Assembly (NCBI GenBank): GCA_015231885.1
Contig: JADGAT010000016.1
Location: 660-64,659, forward strand
Direction: 5' to 3'
Length of the DNA: 64,000 nt
DNA from: SAR324 cluster bacterium
GTDB lineage: Bacteria; SAR324; NAC60-12
In this document: positions 17,681-27,433 of the stretch, in pieces
Numbering within the stretch: position 1 is the first letter of the stretch
How the letters are laid out: every line of letters begins with the position of its first letter
Position numbers and translations under genes: made by a program
Notes under the pieces: model-generated
Told to the model about the DNA's origin: nothing
Seen by the model: the letters and a program-made list of their open reading frames with translations, nothing else
Databases searched by the model: none

Positions 17681-20600
17681 ATGAAATATCGCTGTGTCTG
17701 TTTATTTGTGATTTTGTTTGTATGGCAAAGTGTGACGTTTGGGGCCTCTGACAAAACAGACCCTCGTTATAAGCAGCGTCACTACCGGAGGTTGGTTTTG
17801 GAAAATAAGATCAAAGTGCTGCTGATTTCAGATCCCACCAGCGATCAGGCTGCGGCCTCCCTGAGTGTGGGTGCTGGCTCATTGAATGATCCGCCAGAAC
17901 ATCAGGGAATGGCACATTTTTTAGAACATATGCTGTTTTTGGGGACTAAAAAGTATCCTGCCGTCGATGATTATAAAAATTATATTGCCAGTCATGATGG
18001 ATACAGCAATGCATTCACGGGGACAGAATATACCAATTACCATTTTCAGGTAAGCAATGATTATTTAGAAGGAGCCCTGGACCGTTTTTCCCAGTTTTTT
18101 ATTGCCCCTTTATTCAATCCCAAATTTGTAGAACGAGAGATGCAAGCCGTTGATTCCGAATTTTCGAAAAATCGACAGAATGATTACTGGCGCATCTCTC
18201 AGGTCGAGCGTTCATTGTATGCCGCAAATCACCCGGCCCGAATGTTCCATATTGGCAACTCAGAGACTTTGGGACAAACCACTCAGGAAGAGCTGTTGAA
18301 GTTCTACCATTCTCACTATTCGGCTAATTTAATGAATCTTGTGGTGCTTGGGAAAGAAAATCTGGATACTCTGCAAAACTGGGTAGAAACATATTTTCAT
18401 GATATCAAAAATTTAGACCTTCCTCCATTCACTTTTCCACAAAAATATCTTTCAAAAAGCAATCAACTGAGACTGCTGCGCATAAAGCCGGTGAAGGACA
18501 GCAGGACTCTCCAGCTCACGTTTCCTTTGCCGAGTGTCCGGCATCGTTATGACAGCAAGCCCTCCCAACTCCTTGGTTTTTTAATTGGACATGAAGGAAC
18601 AGGAAGCCTTTTGTCTTTGTTAAAAAAAGAAGGCCTAGCTACCGGACTTTCAGCAGGAGGTCACTCACAAAGTTCATATGGAACCTTTCGTATCAGCATT
18701 CAATTAACGCCGCAGGGGCTCAAAAATTATAAAACTGTCATAACCCGAGTCTTTCAGTATATTCGACTTTTACGTAAAACCGGTTTGCCCCTATATGTCT
18801 ATGACGAAGTTCAGAAAATGGCAGAGATTGATTATCGGTTTCAGGAAAAGGAAGAAGGAACCGGTTTGGTCATTGATCTAGCAGCCATGCTTCATTATGT
18901 CCCTCTTCCTGTTGTTGAAATAGATCCTTATTTATATAAAAAATATGACCCTGACTTGTTTGACAGTCTCTTATTTCGTCTGACTCCTGATAATATGCTG
19001 GTTTCCTTGATTGCAAGAGATCAGAAAACCCGTCAAAGAGAACCTTACTATGGGACGGCCTATTCTTATGTCAGCAATGATCGTCAACTCATCCGTCAGC
19101 TGAAACGGGTGAGGTATCATCCTGAGTTAAAAATTCCTGAAAAAAATATTTTTATCCCTGAAAAATTGGCAGTGGACACTCCGGACATACCTTTTGGACT
19201 TTCTTATCAATCGATTGCCGGTTTGAAGCAAGACCAGGTTCCATCCTCCGTACTGAATCGTTTGATGGAACATCAGGGGCAGCGCTGGAACTCGTGGCAG
19301 GATTTTCAAACTCTCGTTTTTCCAGACAACCCAAAAGAGGCCGGAGATCTTCGAAAATTAATGATAAAGCATGCATTGGTTCTTCCAGAAAAAATTCTCG
19401 ATAATCCGCAAGGAACGGTCTGGTTTCAACAGGACATCCGCTTTGGTACCCCTAAAGCGCAACTGACGTTGCTGCTCCATACTCCTGAAGTTTATAAATC
19501 AGCACGATCAGCAGTACTTTCCCAACTATATGTGAATGCTATTGAAGAAGGATTGAATGAATTTGGCTACATGGTGCATTTGGCTGGCCTCAATTATGGA
19601 CTCAGTGCTCAAAAAAAAGGAGTAACTCTCAACATCAGCGGATATTCTGATCGTATCCTGGACTTGACCCAAACCCTTGCTGACAAACTCAAAAAAATTA
19701 TCATTGATGACACAACATTCGACGCGGTCAAAGATCAACAAGTGCGTTTGTACCAAAATTTTCAATTCAATCAGCCTTATCAGCAGGCATGGTATTTCCA
19801 AAATCTGCTTTTAGAAGAAAAAAAATTCTCCATTGATCAATATCAGAAGGAAATTGAGACCATCACTCTCCGGGAATTGCAAGACTATGCCCAAAAATTA
19901 TACAGAACCGTTTATGTGGAAGGTGTGGTGTATGGGAATCTGATGAAATCGGAAGCCGAAAAGACCATTGAGGGTTTTCTCGCAAAAATTGATGCCACGC
20001 CTTTATCCCCATCAGAAAAATTTGTAGACAAAATCGTTCAGCTCAAAGGCAAAAACAATTATATCTATTCCAAAAAAGCAAGTGTTGATAATTCTGCGAT
20101 TTATTATGGAATACAAGTCGGGAAAACCAGTCCTAGACTGAGAGGTGCCCTTTTGATCATCAGTAAAGCCCTTCGTCCCTGGACCTACACCGAGTTGAGG
20201 ACTCAGCAGCAATTGGGATATATTGTGGAAGGAGGCATGTCTCAAATAGAAAAGACTTTAAGCTGGATGTTTGTTGTCCAATCAGGAAAATACCCTGCAG
20301 GGTTGTTGCAGCAAAAAATTTCAAAATATATTCCCGAATTTATTGAAAAATTTAAAAAAATGTCAGATGATGATTTTGAGGTGCTGCGCCAATCTGTGAT
20401 CACGGCCAAACTAGAAAAAGCAACAACCAGCACCGAAGAGGCCGGTCGGATTTATTATGCGGCCTTTGAAAAAGATGCCAACTTTGACTATGTGAGTGAG
20501 GACATACAGGCCGTAGAAAATCTGACACGAAACGAAGTGAATCAGATATTGGAAAAATATTTGTCACCAGAATACAAGCATCGTCTGGTGGTCAGAATGG

Positions 20601-20695
20601 TTGGGCAATCTCATCAAGACACACCTGTCATGGGAACTCTAATTGACTCAGTGGAGCAGTTCAAGCAGGGACAAAAAGCCGGGTCGGAGCATTAA
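17681..20695 (+). CDS. Secreted M16-family (pitrilysin/insulinase-like) zinc metallopeptidase, double-domain
   Basis: Signal peptide. Inverted zinc motif HFLEHMLF (HxxEH) with a downstream Glu. 1004 aa. Confidence 0.85.
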   Translation: MKYRCVCLFVILFVWQSVTFGASDKTDPRYKQRHYRRLVLENKIKVLLISDPTSDQAAASLSVGAGSLNDPPEHQGMAHFLEHMLFLGTKKYPAVDDYKNYIASHDGYSNAFTGTEYTNYHFQVSNDYLEGALDRFSQFFIAPLFNPKFVEREMQAVDSEFSKNRQNDYWRISQVERSLYAANHPARMFHIGNSETLGQTTQEELLKFYHSHYSANLMNLVVLGKENLDTLQNWVETYFHDIKNLDLPPFTFPQKYLSKSNQLRLLRIKPVKDSRTLQLTFPLPSVRHRYDSKPSQLLGFLIGHEGTGSLLSLLKKEGLATGLSAGGHSQSSYGTFRISIQLTPQGLKNYKTVITRVFQYIRLLRKTGLPLYVYDEVQKMAEIDYRFQEKEEGTGLVIDLAAMLHYVPLPVVEIDPYLYKKYDPDLFDSLLFRLTPDNMLVSLIARDQKTRQREPYYGTAYSYVSNDRQLIRQLKRVRYHPELKIPEKNIFIPEKLAVDTPDIPFGLSYQSIAGLKQDQVPSSVLNRLMEHQGQRWNSWQDFQTLVFPDNPKEAGDLRKLMIKHALVLPEKILDNPQGTVWFQQDIRFGTPKAQLTLLLHTPEVYKSARSAVLSQLYVNAIEEGLNEFGYMVHLAGLNYGLSAQKKGVTLNISGYSDRILDLTQTLADKLKKIIIDDTTFDAVKDQQVRLYQNFQFNQPYQQAWYFQNLLLEEKKFSIDQYQKEIETITLRELQDYAQKLYRTVYVEGVVYGNLMKSEAEKTIEGFLAKIDATPLSPSEKFVDKIVQLKGKNNYIYSKKASVDNSAIYYGIQVGKTSPRLRGALLIISKALRPWTYTELRTQQQLGYIVEGGMSQIEKTLSWMFVVQSGKYPAGLLQQKISKYIPEFIEKFKKMSDDDFEVLRQSVITAKLEKATTSTEEAGRIYYAAFEKDANFDYVSEDIQAVENLTRNEVNQILEKYLSPEYKHRLVVRMVGQSHQDTPVMGTLIDSVEQFKQGQKAGSEH

Positions 20696-20773
20696 ATGGT
20701 TGCAATTGACTCTTAAACTAAGGCACAGTTTAATATTTGATTCAAATAATTATTTTTGATGGGTAAATAAATT

Positions 20774-22423
20774 ATGATTGGACATTACAAACTTTTAATT
20801 GTGGATGACAGTAACTTCATTCGATTGACTTTGAAGAAATGCCTGCAATCCAATAAAAATGCTCCCATCCAGGTGACCGAAGCGCATGACGGGCAACATG
20901 CCCTTGAAATCCTTTCCGCCGATTCCTTTGACCTGATTATCACTGATTTGGAAATGCCCAATTTGAATGGTTTGGGGTTGATTGCGGAATTACGCAAAAG
21001 TGCCAAATATGACGAAGTTCCTATAATTTTTCTGACCAGTGTTGATACGTCTGATAAAAAAGTGTCGGCATTTGAATGCGGTGCTACCGATTACTTGATA
21101 AAACCCTTCATTGCAGAAGAATTGATCGCACGAATTTTTGCCCATCTGGAGCGAAAATTCATGATGGAAGCGGTACGCAAAAAAGCCAAAGTCGCTGAAA
21201 ACTTGACGGTTTTTTATCGGCGACTGAGATCCATCAATCTGGAAAACTTAGAGCATACCCTGATATTTTTACTCATCAACCACCTCAGGGTCGGTTCGGT
21301 TGCTCTTTGGGAATTTGATCAGTCTAAAGAAGTGCTTCAATTGAAAATTTCCAGTGATAAACTGGGGACCGAATTGCCACCGCAGACGGACAATGAGTCC
21401 CCTATGTGGAAGGCTTTTGAAGAAAAACAGCCTGTTTTTTTAGAAAACCTGGAAGGAGCGGCTGTCGAAAATTTAGGTTTCAACCTACAGGCTTACTCTG
21501 GTGGTGCCATTACGGTGATTCCTTTGGCAATTGATGATAAACGTTTTGGTATTCTGAATTTAGCCAACTTTCCTGCAACATTTTTTTCTGATTATGAGCT
21601 GACTCACTTGGAGGCATTGCAACATTACATTTCCAATTCCTTTGAAAATGCTTTTTCTTATAAAATCATTAAGGAAAAACAGGAACAAACCAAGGCAGAA
21701 CTGAAGCAGGCAAAAGACACACAGTTGGCCGTGCTGCCGCAAAAAATTCCCAAGCTGCCCTACATGAAAATTGTAACAAAATACTCGGCAATGGAAGAAA
21801 TTGGTGGAGATTTGTACGATATTCTGGAACTCAGCGAAGACAAAGTTGGGATTTTAGTGGCAGATGTGACAGGCCATGGGATTCCTGCCGCTTTGATTTC
21901 CTGTATGAGTTCGAGTTTATTCAAAGCCACAGCAGCCTCAGATATACTGCCCAAGGATGTACTGACCTACATCAATGATCAACTGGAGACACGCATGCCC
22001 GATGGAAAGTTTGTGACAGCGTTTTATTCCACGTATGATGCTGCCAGAGAGACCTTGTTTTATTCAATTGCCGGTCACCCTCCTGGTTATGTCGTCAGGG
22101 AGGCGACAGGAGAAATATTTCCGTTACAGGAAAATACCGGAGTACCTCTGGGGGTCTTTTCTGGAGACATTGCCAGCTATGATGATGCTTCTATGAAGCT
22201 GCAAAAAGGAGATCGCGTGTTTTTCTATACCGATGGCATTGTTGAAATATCCGATCCGCAAGAGGAGATGTTTGGCAATGCGCGTCTCAAGGAGTTTCTC
22301 TTGGCAAATAGCAAAACTCCTATTGAAAACGTGCTGGATGAGTTATATTCCCATGTACTTCAAGCGACATCCCATCAGGAATATGATGACGACATCACAC
22401 TGGTAGCGTTTGAAATCACATAA
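20774..22423 (+). CDS. Response regulator (REC) fused to a GAF-like region and a PP2C/SpoIIE-type serine phosphatase (RsbU-like)
   Basis: N-terminal 'LLIVDDSNFIR...DLIITDLEMP' receiver domain. C-terminal 'GGDLYDIL...VADVTGHGIPAAL...DDITLVAF' PP2C motifs. Confidence 0.8.
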   Translation: MIGHYKLLIVDDSNFIRLTLKKCLQSNKNAPIQVTEAHDGQHALEILSADSFDLIITDLEMPNLNGLGLIAELRKSAKYDEVPIIFLTSVDTSDKKVSAFECGATDYLIKPFIAEELIARIFAHLERKFMMEAVRKKAKVAENLTVFYRRLRSINLENLEHTLIFLLINHLRVGSVALWEFDQSKEVLQLKISSDKLGTELPPQTDNESPMWKAFEEKQPVFLENLEGAAVENLGFNLQAYSGGAITVIPLAIDDKRFGILNLANFPATFFSDYELTHLEALQHYISNSFENAFSYKIIKEKQEQTKAELKQAKDTQLAVLPQKIPKLPYMKIVTKYSAMEEIGGDLYDILELSEDKVGILVADVTGHGIPAALISCMSSSLFKATAASDILPKDVLTYINDQLETRMPDGKFVTAFYSTYDAARETLFYSIAGHPPGYVVREATGEIFPLQENTGVPLGVFSGDIASYDDASMKLQKGDRVFFYTDGIVEISDPQEEMFGNARLKEFLLANSKTPIENVLDELYSHVLQATSHQEYDDDITLVAFEIT

Positions 22424-22426
22424 CGT

Positions 22427-23644
22427 TCAGGAGCAAGACTTTTTAGGAAGGATAATCTTGAATGTGGCACCAACTGCTTCAGTGGAAATATATTTTACCA
22501 TCCCATTGTGATCTTCAACCGCTTTTTTAACAATAGTCAATCCCAGTCCTATTCCTGTCGTTTTTCCATGAGAGACAAAGGGATCAAACAGGGACTGTTG
22601 AATTGCCGGTGGAATACCAGGTCCATTGTCCTCAATTTCAATTTCCAAATGATCTTCAAAATCAAACACTTCTACACGGATACGTGGATTTTCTGTTTTA
22701 GAATAGCGCAGTGCTTCCCAGGCGTTTTTGCATAAGTTGACCAAAGCCCTGTGAATTCGGTTGGCATCCAAATGATATAAGGCTGTTGTTGACAATTCTA
22801 ATTGCAGAGTAATTGGCCAGGCCTGTGTGATTTGAGTGAATTCCTTTTGTAGATGATCTAACATCTGCCTGGAGTCGATTGGCTGTAAATGGACGGTACT
22901 GGGGTCTTTGGCAAACAGCAAAATTTCCTCAATCATGCCAACCAGACGCTGAATTTCATCATTCAGCAATTCTCCATAGTTTTCGCGTTGTTCTTCTGTT
23001 AAATCCTGATGAACAAGTACATATCCCATGGTCGAAATACTGGTAACGGGATTTCGGAGGTCGTGAACAATCATAGAAGCCATCTTGCCCAGGGTACTCA
23101 AGCGCTCTTGCTGCACCAATTCGTTTTGTGTTTCCTGCAGTAAAGTGAGTGTTTCTTCCAATTTTATATTTTTCTTCTGCAACATCTCAATCAGCATACT
23201 ATCTGTTTGCCGGAGACGTTGACTGAGAAACTTCATGAGATTGATAGCAAACCGGCTTCTTTCCACAACAAGAAGTTTTTCAAAATTGATTTCGTCAATG
23301 ATGAGAAAATGGGATCGTGTTTTTGTTTTTAAACTCGCGCTCCTGGGCTCATTCTCAATAACGGCCATTTCTCCAAAACAATCCCCCTGTTTACCAACAG
23401 TCAGAATCGTTGGTGCCTCTTCCAATCCTAAGAATAGAACTGTTTCCCCGTCCAACTGAAAAAAAATTTTCTTCCCCAAATCTCCTTCACGAAAAACAAT
23501 GGTGCTGGCATCATACTGCTCAATGGTTGTATATTGGGAGATATCGATCAATTGCTGCTCAGGAATATCCTTGAACAAGTGGGTATCCTTTAGGGTTAAG
23601 ATCCATTCAGAAGCCGTTTTTTTATTTTTAGAATTGTTCATCAT
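22427..23644 (-). CDS. Cyclic-nucleotide-binding-domain sensor histidine kinase
   Basis: N-terminal cNMP-binding domain (FGEMAVIENEPRSAS). HisKA H-box 'IVHDLRNPVTSI'. HATPase_c 'GIGLGLTIVKK'. Confidence 0.8.
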   Translation of the reverse strand: MMNNSKNKKTASEWILTLKDTHLFKDIPEQQLIDISQYTTIEQYDASTIVFREGDLGKKIFFQLDGETVLFLGLEEAPTILTVGKQGDCFGEMAVIENEPRSASLKTKTRSHFLIIDEINFEKLLVVERSRFAINLMKFLSQRLRQTDSMLIEMLQKKNIKLEETLTLLQETQNELVQQERLSTLGKMASMIVHDLRNPVTSISTMGYVLVHQDLTEEQRENYGELLNDEIQRLVGMIEEILLFAKDPSTVHLQPIDSRQMLDHLQKEFTQITQAWPITLQLELSTTALYHLDANRIHRALVNLCKNAWEALRYSKTENPRIRVEVFDFEDHLEIEIEDNGPGIPPAIQQSLFDPFVSHGKTTGIGLGLTIVKKAVEDHNGMVKYISTEAVGATFKIILPKKSCS

Positions 23645-23656
23645 CGATCTCTCACA

Positions 23657-23989
23657 TCAAGGTTCGCGAGATTCTATTTCAGATTCAATACAAATTTGAC
23701 CATCGTCGTGATAGCGGTTTATTTCTCTAATGGTTGTATTATACTTTGTATTTCCAATAATAGAGCGAAGGTGAAATTTTGCGGCATTTTGAGAAATTCG
23801 AATTGCCGTTTTTTCATCCAATGCACATCCTGTTCCAGTCACTTGGAGTCTTGTTGGGGTTTCGTATCGGAGGGAATACTCAGAGCCTGATCTGGAACGA
23901 AAACGCTCTGATGGAGACGAACAGGCAAACAATACGACACTGCATAGCATCGCAATGCCTATGGCCTGGTATCTTTTTTTATTTGGCAT
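23657..23989 (-). CDS. Predicted lipoprotein
   Basis: Signal peptide with lipobox 'LFACSS'. Lies 12 nt downstream of the kinase gene. Confidence 0.5.
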   Translation of the reverse strand: MPNKKRYQAIGIAMLCSVVLFACSSPSERFRSRSGSEYSLRYETPTRLQVTGTGCALDEKTAIRISQNAAKFHLRSIIGNTKYNTTIREINRYHDDGQICIESEIESREP

Positions 23990-24342
23990 GACAGCCGTTC
24001 TATACCTGTGATTATTGGATAACATGACCCTGCTCTAGCCTAATTTATTTTATTTTTCACATAAGAATTCATTTTTCTATAACTTCTGGTATGCGATTTG
24101 TATGCAAGTATTCTTAGAATGATTTTCAAAATCTTCTGAAACTTTATATTCTTTGGAACGAGAATAAAATAGTGTCCCTATTTTTGATAAATCCTCTTTT
24201 TATAATAATATAAGCACCAGGCAAAAGTATTTTAACATTTTTCTTTGACTGTCATCCCGAGGTACGAGTGACGTGACAATCTCTTTATTCCGTAGATTGC
24301 TTCAGCACACTTCCCGCTTCGGCGTACCGTCGCAATGCCGGA

Positions 24343-26004
24343 ATGTTAAAAATATATGGTCAGGTACTTACTACAATTTGTAGACGAAACATGGATGTAA
24401 TAAAAACAAATGAGATCATAGCAGACACCTCTCTCTCTGTTGAGCATCAGCCTATCACAAATGATAACATTTCAATAGCAAATCCTTTAAAATCGCTTAG
24501 TGATGAATCTGGAGGCTTTGGACTGGAGGATCCTGTCCATTTGTATTTGAAAAAACTGGCACGAATCCAGTCACTGAGCCGAGAAGAAGCGACGAACATG
24601 GCCAGGCAGTTAGAAGCGTATAAAACCGATTTAGTAAACATATTTAGTCATTCTATGTTGATTGTGGATTATTTAATGGACTGGATTCCGATATTTGAAA
24701 AAGAAGATGCTGATATCAGCCATTATGTTTCTACAATTAACTATGATAACAATGAACTCCAGGAGGAAAACGAAGTTGGCCGCCAAGTGCTGGACAACTT
24801 AAAAAACCTGGAAAAGTTATATACGAGATGGCAGGAACTGCATGAATATAAGGAAAAAAATAAGTTGAATGGCAACAACAGGGAATACAAAGAATACTTT
24901 TTGAAAATATCCAAGTGTGTTGGTGAATTATCCTTCACAAGCCGGCAAATACAAAAAATACAAGCATTGATCCTTAGGCACTATGATTTGATTTTGTCAA
25001 CAAACAAGGATTTGAAAAAATATAAAAAACTGTTACATGATGTGCCAGAGGGCAACGGCATAATAAAAGCCTGTGAGTCAGTTCCAGGAGAAGAACGTGG
25101 GTGCCGTAGAAAGCTGCATATAAAAGAAAATGGATTGGATCTTCGTCTGCTCACACGTTACACAGAGTGCTGTGGCATTTTACAAAAACGCCTCCAGCGT
25201 ATGGAAAGGAAAATTGGGATTCCGCTGGCGGTGTTCCTGAGCGACGTTGAGAAAATCAAACAAATTCAAAACAAAATCCATCTATTGACACACGAATTCA
25301 TTGAGGCACACATGAACCTGGTCGTTACAATTGCACGACGTTATTGCAATCGGGGACTCCAGTTTTTGGACTTGGTGCAGGAAGGCAATATTGGTTTGAT
25401 ACGGGCTGTAGAAACCTTTGAATACCGTCGAGGTTACAAGTTTTCTACTTATGCGACCTGGTGGATTCGTCAATCGATCGTCCGTGCAATCGCAGATAAA
25501 GGCAGGACTATACGCATTCCTATTCACATGGTCGAAACGATTGCAAAGCTCCAGCGTGCCCGTCGACGCCTGGTTTCTTATTTGGGTGAAGAACCCAGTT
25601 TCTCTGATTTATCTAAACAATCTGAGCTGCCCGGAGACAAAGTCATTGAAGCTCTTTCCATTGCCAAGGAACCCTCGTCTTTGGATAGTTTGGTCGAAGA
25701 AGATGAAGGAATATCATTGCTGGAAGTTCTAGAAAATAGTGCTTCTGAAGACCCTGGAAACTGGACCATGTTTCGTGATGATCAGAAAAGGATATGCGGA
25801 GTATTGTCTTCTCTGACTCCCAGAGAGGAAAAGGTGATCAAGATGCGTTTTGGAATTGAACATGAATATGATCATACGCTCGAAGAAATTGGACAGGTTT
25901 TTAATTTAACGCGAGAACGCATCCGTCAGATTGAAGCAAAAGCCTTGAGTAAACTCGGGCATGCTTCTCGCAGTCAAATTTTATCCAATTGTCTTGAAAA
26001 ATAA
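24343..26004 (+). CDS. rpoD: RNA polymerase sigma-70 family primary-like sigma factor
   Basis: Region 2 '[27 protein letters not shown]'. Regions 3 and 4 present. 553 aa. The start may be at the internal Met at 24391. Confidence 0.85.
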   Translation: MLKIYGQVLTTICRRNMDVIKTNEIIADTSLSVEHQPITNDNISIANPLKSLSDESGGFGLEDPVHLYLKKLARIQSLSREEATNMARQLEAYKTDLVNIFSHSMLIVDYLMDWIPIFEKEDADISHYVSTINYDNNELQEENEVGRQVLDNLKNLEKLYTRWQELHEYKEKNKLNGNNREYKEYFLKISKCVGELSFTSRQIQKIQALILRHYDLILSTNKDLKKYKKLLHDVPEGNGIIKACESVPGEERGCRRKLHIKENGLDLRLLTRYTECCGILQKRLQRMERKIGIPLAVFLSDVEKIKQIQNKIHLLTHEFIEAHMNLVVTIARRYCNRGLQFLDLVQEGNIGLIRAVETFEYRRGYKFSTYATWWIRQSIVRAIADKGRTIRIPIHMVETIAKLQRARRRLVSYLGEEPSFSDLSKQSELPGDKVIEALSIAKEPSSLDSLVEEDEGISLLEVLENSASEDPGNWTMFRDDQKRICGVLSSLTPREEKVIKMRFGIEHEYDHTLEEIGQVFNLTRERIRQIEAKALSKLGHASRSQILSNCLEK

Positions 26005-26135
26005 ACCATTTTACCATATTTTTTGAGACAGAGATTCTTCTTTTAGAGGAATTTTAAAGGCTCGATCACCCGGTCGTTCCCATCCCAATATCTGCCCTGC
26101 GGATGCATCAGCAATACTATCCAAGGAAATAAAAT

Positions 26136-27413
26136 ATGAAACTGCAGCAATCTGTTCAACTTTTTCAGCGTGCCCGACAATCCTTAGTCGGTGGCGTCAA
26201 TAGCCCGGTTCGTGCTTTTAAATCAGTGGGGCTGAGTCCTGTATTTATTCAGAAGGGAAAAGGCTCTAAAATTTATGATGTGGATGGCAATGAATATATT
26301 GATTATGTGGGGTCATGGGGCCCCTTGATCCTGGGACATTGTAATGAGACGGTGATCACTGCAGTGGAAAAAGCGCTTGCTTCAGGGACTTCTTTTGGTG
26401 CTCCAACAGAAGGAGAAATTGTACTGGCCGAGATGATCAAAGAGGCCGTTCCCAGTATTGAACTGCTCCGTCTTGTTAATTCTGGAAGTGAAGCAACATC
26501 AGGAGCCATTCGTGCAGCACGGGGCTATACGGGAAGAGATAAAATCCTTAAATTTGAAGGGTGCTATCATGGAAGCATCGACTCTTTGCTGGTGCAAGCA
26601 GGTTCGGGCGCTACAACCCTTGGTAAACCAGATTCTGACGGGGTTCCTCAAGCCTTTGTCGATCTCACATTACTGGCTGAATACAATAATTTGGATTCGG
26701 TAGTAGAACAGGTGGAAAGTCACCCTGGTGAGATTGCCGCTGTGATTGTGGAACCGGTTCCGGGAAACATGGGGATGATTTTACCAGAGCATGGTTTTTT
26801 GAGTGGATTACGAAGCCTCTGTGACCGAGAAGGAATATTACTCATATTTGATGAAGTGATGACTGGATTTCGTGTTGATTATGGAGGAGCCCAGGCATTA
26901 TTGAACATACAGCCCGATTTGACCACGTTTGGCAAAGTCATTGGAGGAGGCTTTCCCGTTGGAGGATACGGGGGGCGTCAGGACATCATGCTCACAGTTG
27001 CTCCAGAAGGTAGTGTTTATCAAGCAGGAACTTTATCCGGCAACCCTGTTGCCGTTGCCGCAGGAATTGCGACATTGACTGTGCTGAAACGGAACACTGT
27101 TTATGCTGATCTCAGTGAAAACAGCAGCTGGCTGGTCAATGAAATGAAATCACATTGCCAAAAAAAAGGGATTCCTTTGCAATGCAGTCAGATGGGAGCA
27201 ATGTTTGGATTTTTCTTTTCAGAAAAGCCTGTTCGCCACTATCAGGATGCACTGCAGACAGATGTTGGCCAATTCAAAGTATTTTTTAAAAGCATGCTCC
27301 AAGCAGGAATCTACTTAGCCCCTTCTGCCTTCGAATCGCTGTTCATGTCAACAGCACATACCGAAGAAGATTTGGAAAAAACAGCAAAAGCTATACAACA
27401 ATCACTCCAATAG
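26136..27413 (+). CDS. hemL: Glutamate-1-semialdehyde 2,1-aminomutase
   Basis: Class-III aminotransferase fold with typical HemL sequence, including the PLP-binding Lys context 'TTFGKVIGGG'. Confidence 0.9.
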   Translation: MKLQQSVQLFQRARQSLVGGVNSPVRAFKSVGLSPVFIQKGKGSKIYDVDGNEYIDYVGSWGPLILGHCNETVITAVEKALASGTSFGAPTEGEIVLAEMIKEAVPSIELLRLVNSGSEATSGAIRAARGYTGRDKILKFEGCYHGSIDSLLVQAGSGATTLGKPDSDGVPQAFVDLTLLAEYNNLDSVVEQVESHPGEIAAVIVEPVPGNMGMILPEHGFLSGLRSLCDREGILLIFDEVMTGFRVDYGGAQALLNIQPDLTTFGKVIGGGFPVGGYGGRQDIMLTVAPEGSVYQAGTLSGNPVAVAAGIATLTVLKRNTVYADLSENSSWLVNEMKSHCQKKGIPLQCSQMGAMFGFFFSEKPVRHYQDALQTDVGQFKVFFKSMLQAGIYLAPSAFESLFMSTAHTEEDLEKTAKAIQQSLQ

Positions 27414-27433
27414 CAAAAAAGTCTGGTTCTTAC

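Noticed and set aside
24160-24230. Sigma70 promoter upstream of rpoD (TTGATA … TATAAT)
   Set aside because: The spacer between the candidate -35 and -10 elements is only about 11-12 nt, which is too short for a functional sigma70 promoter. Not reported as a feature.
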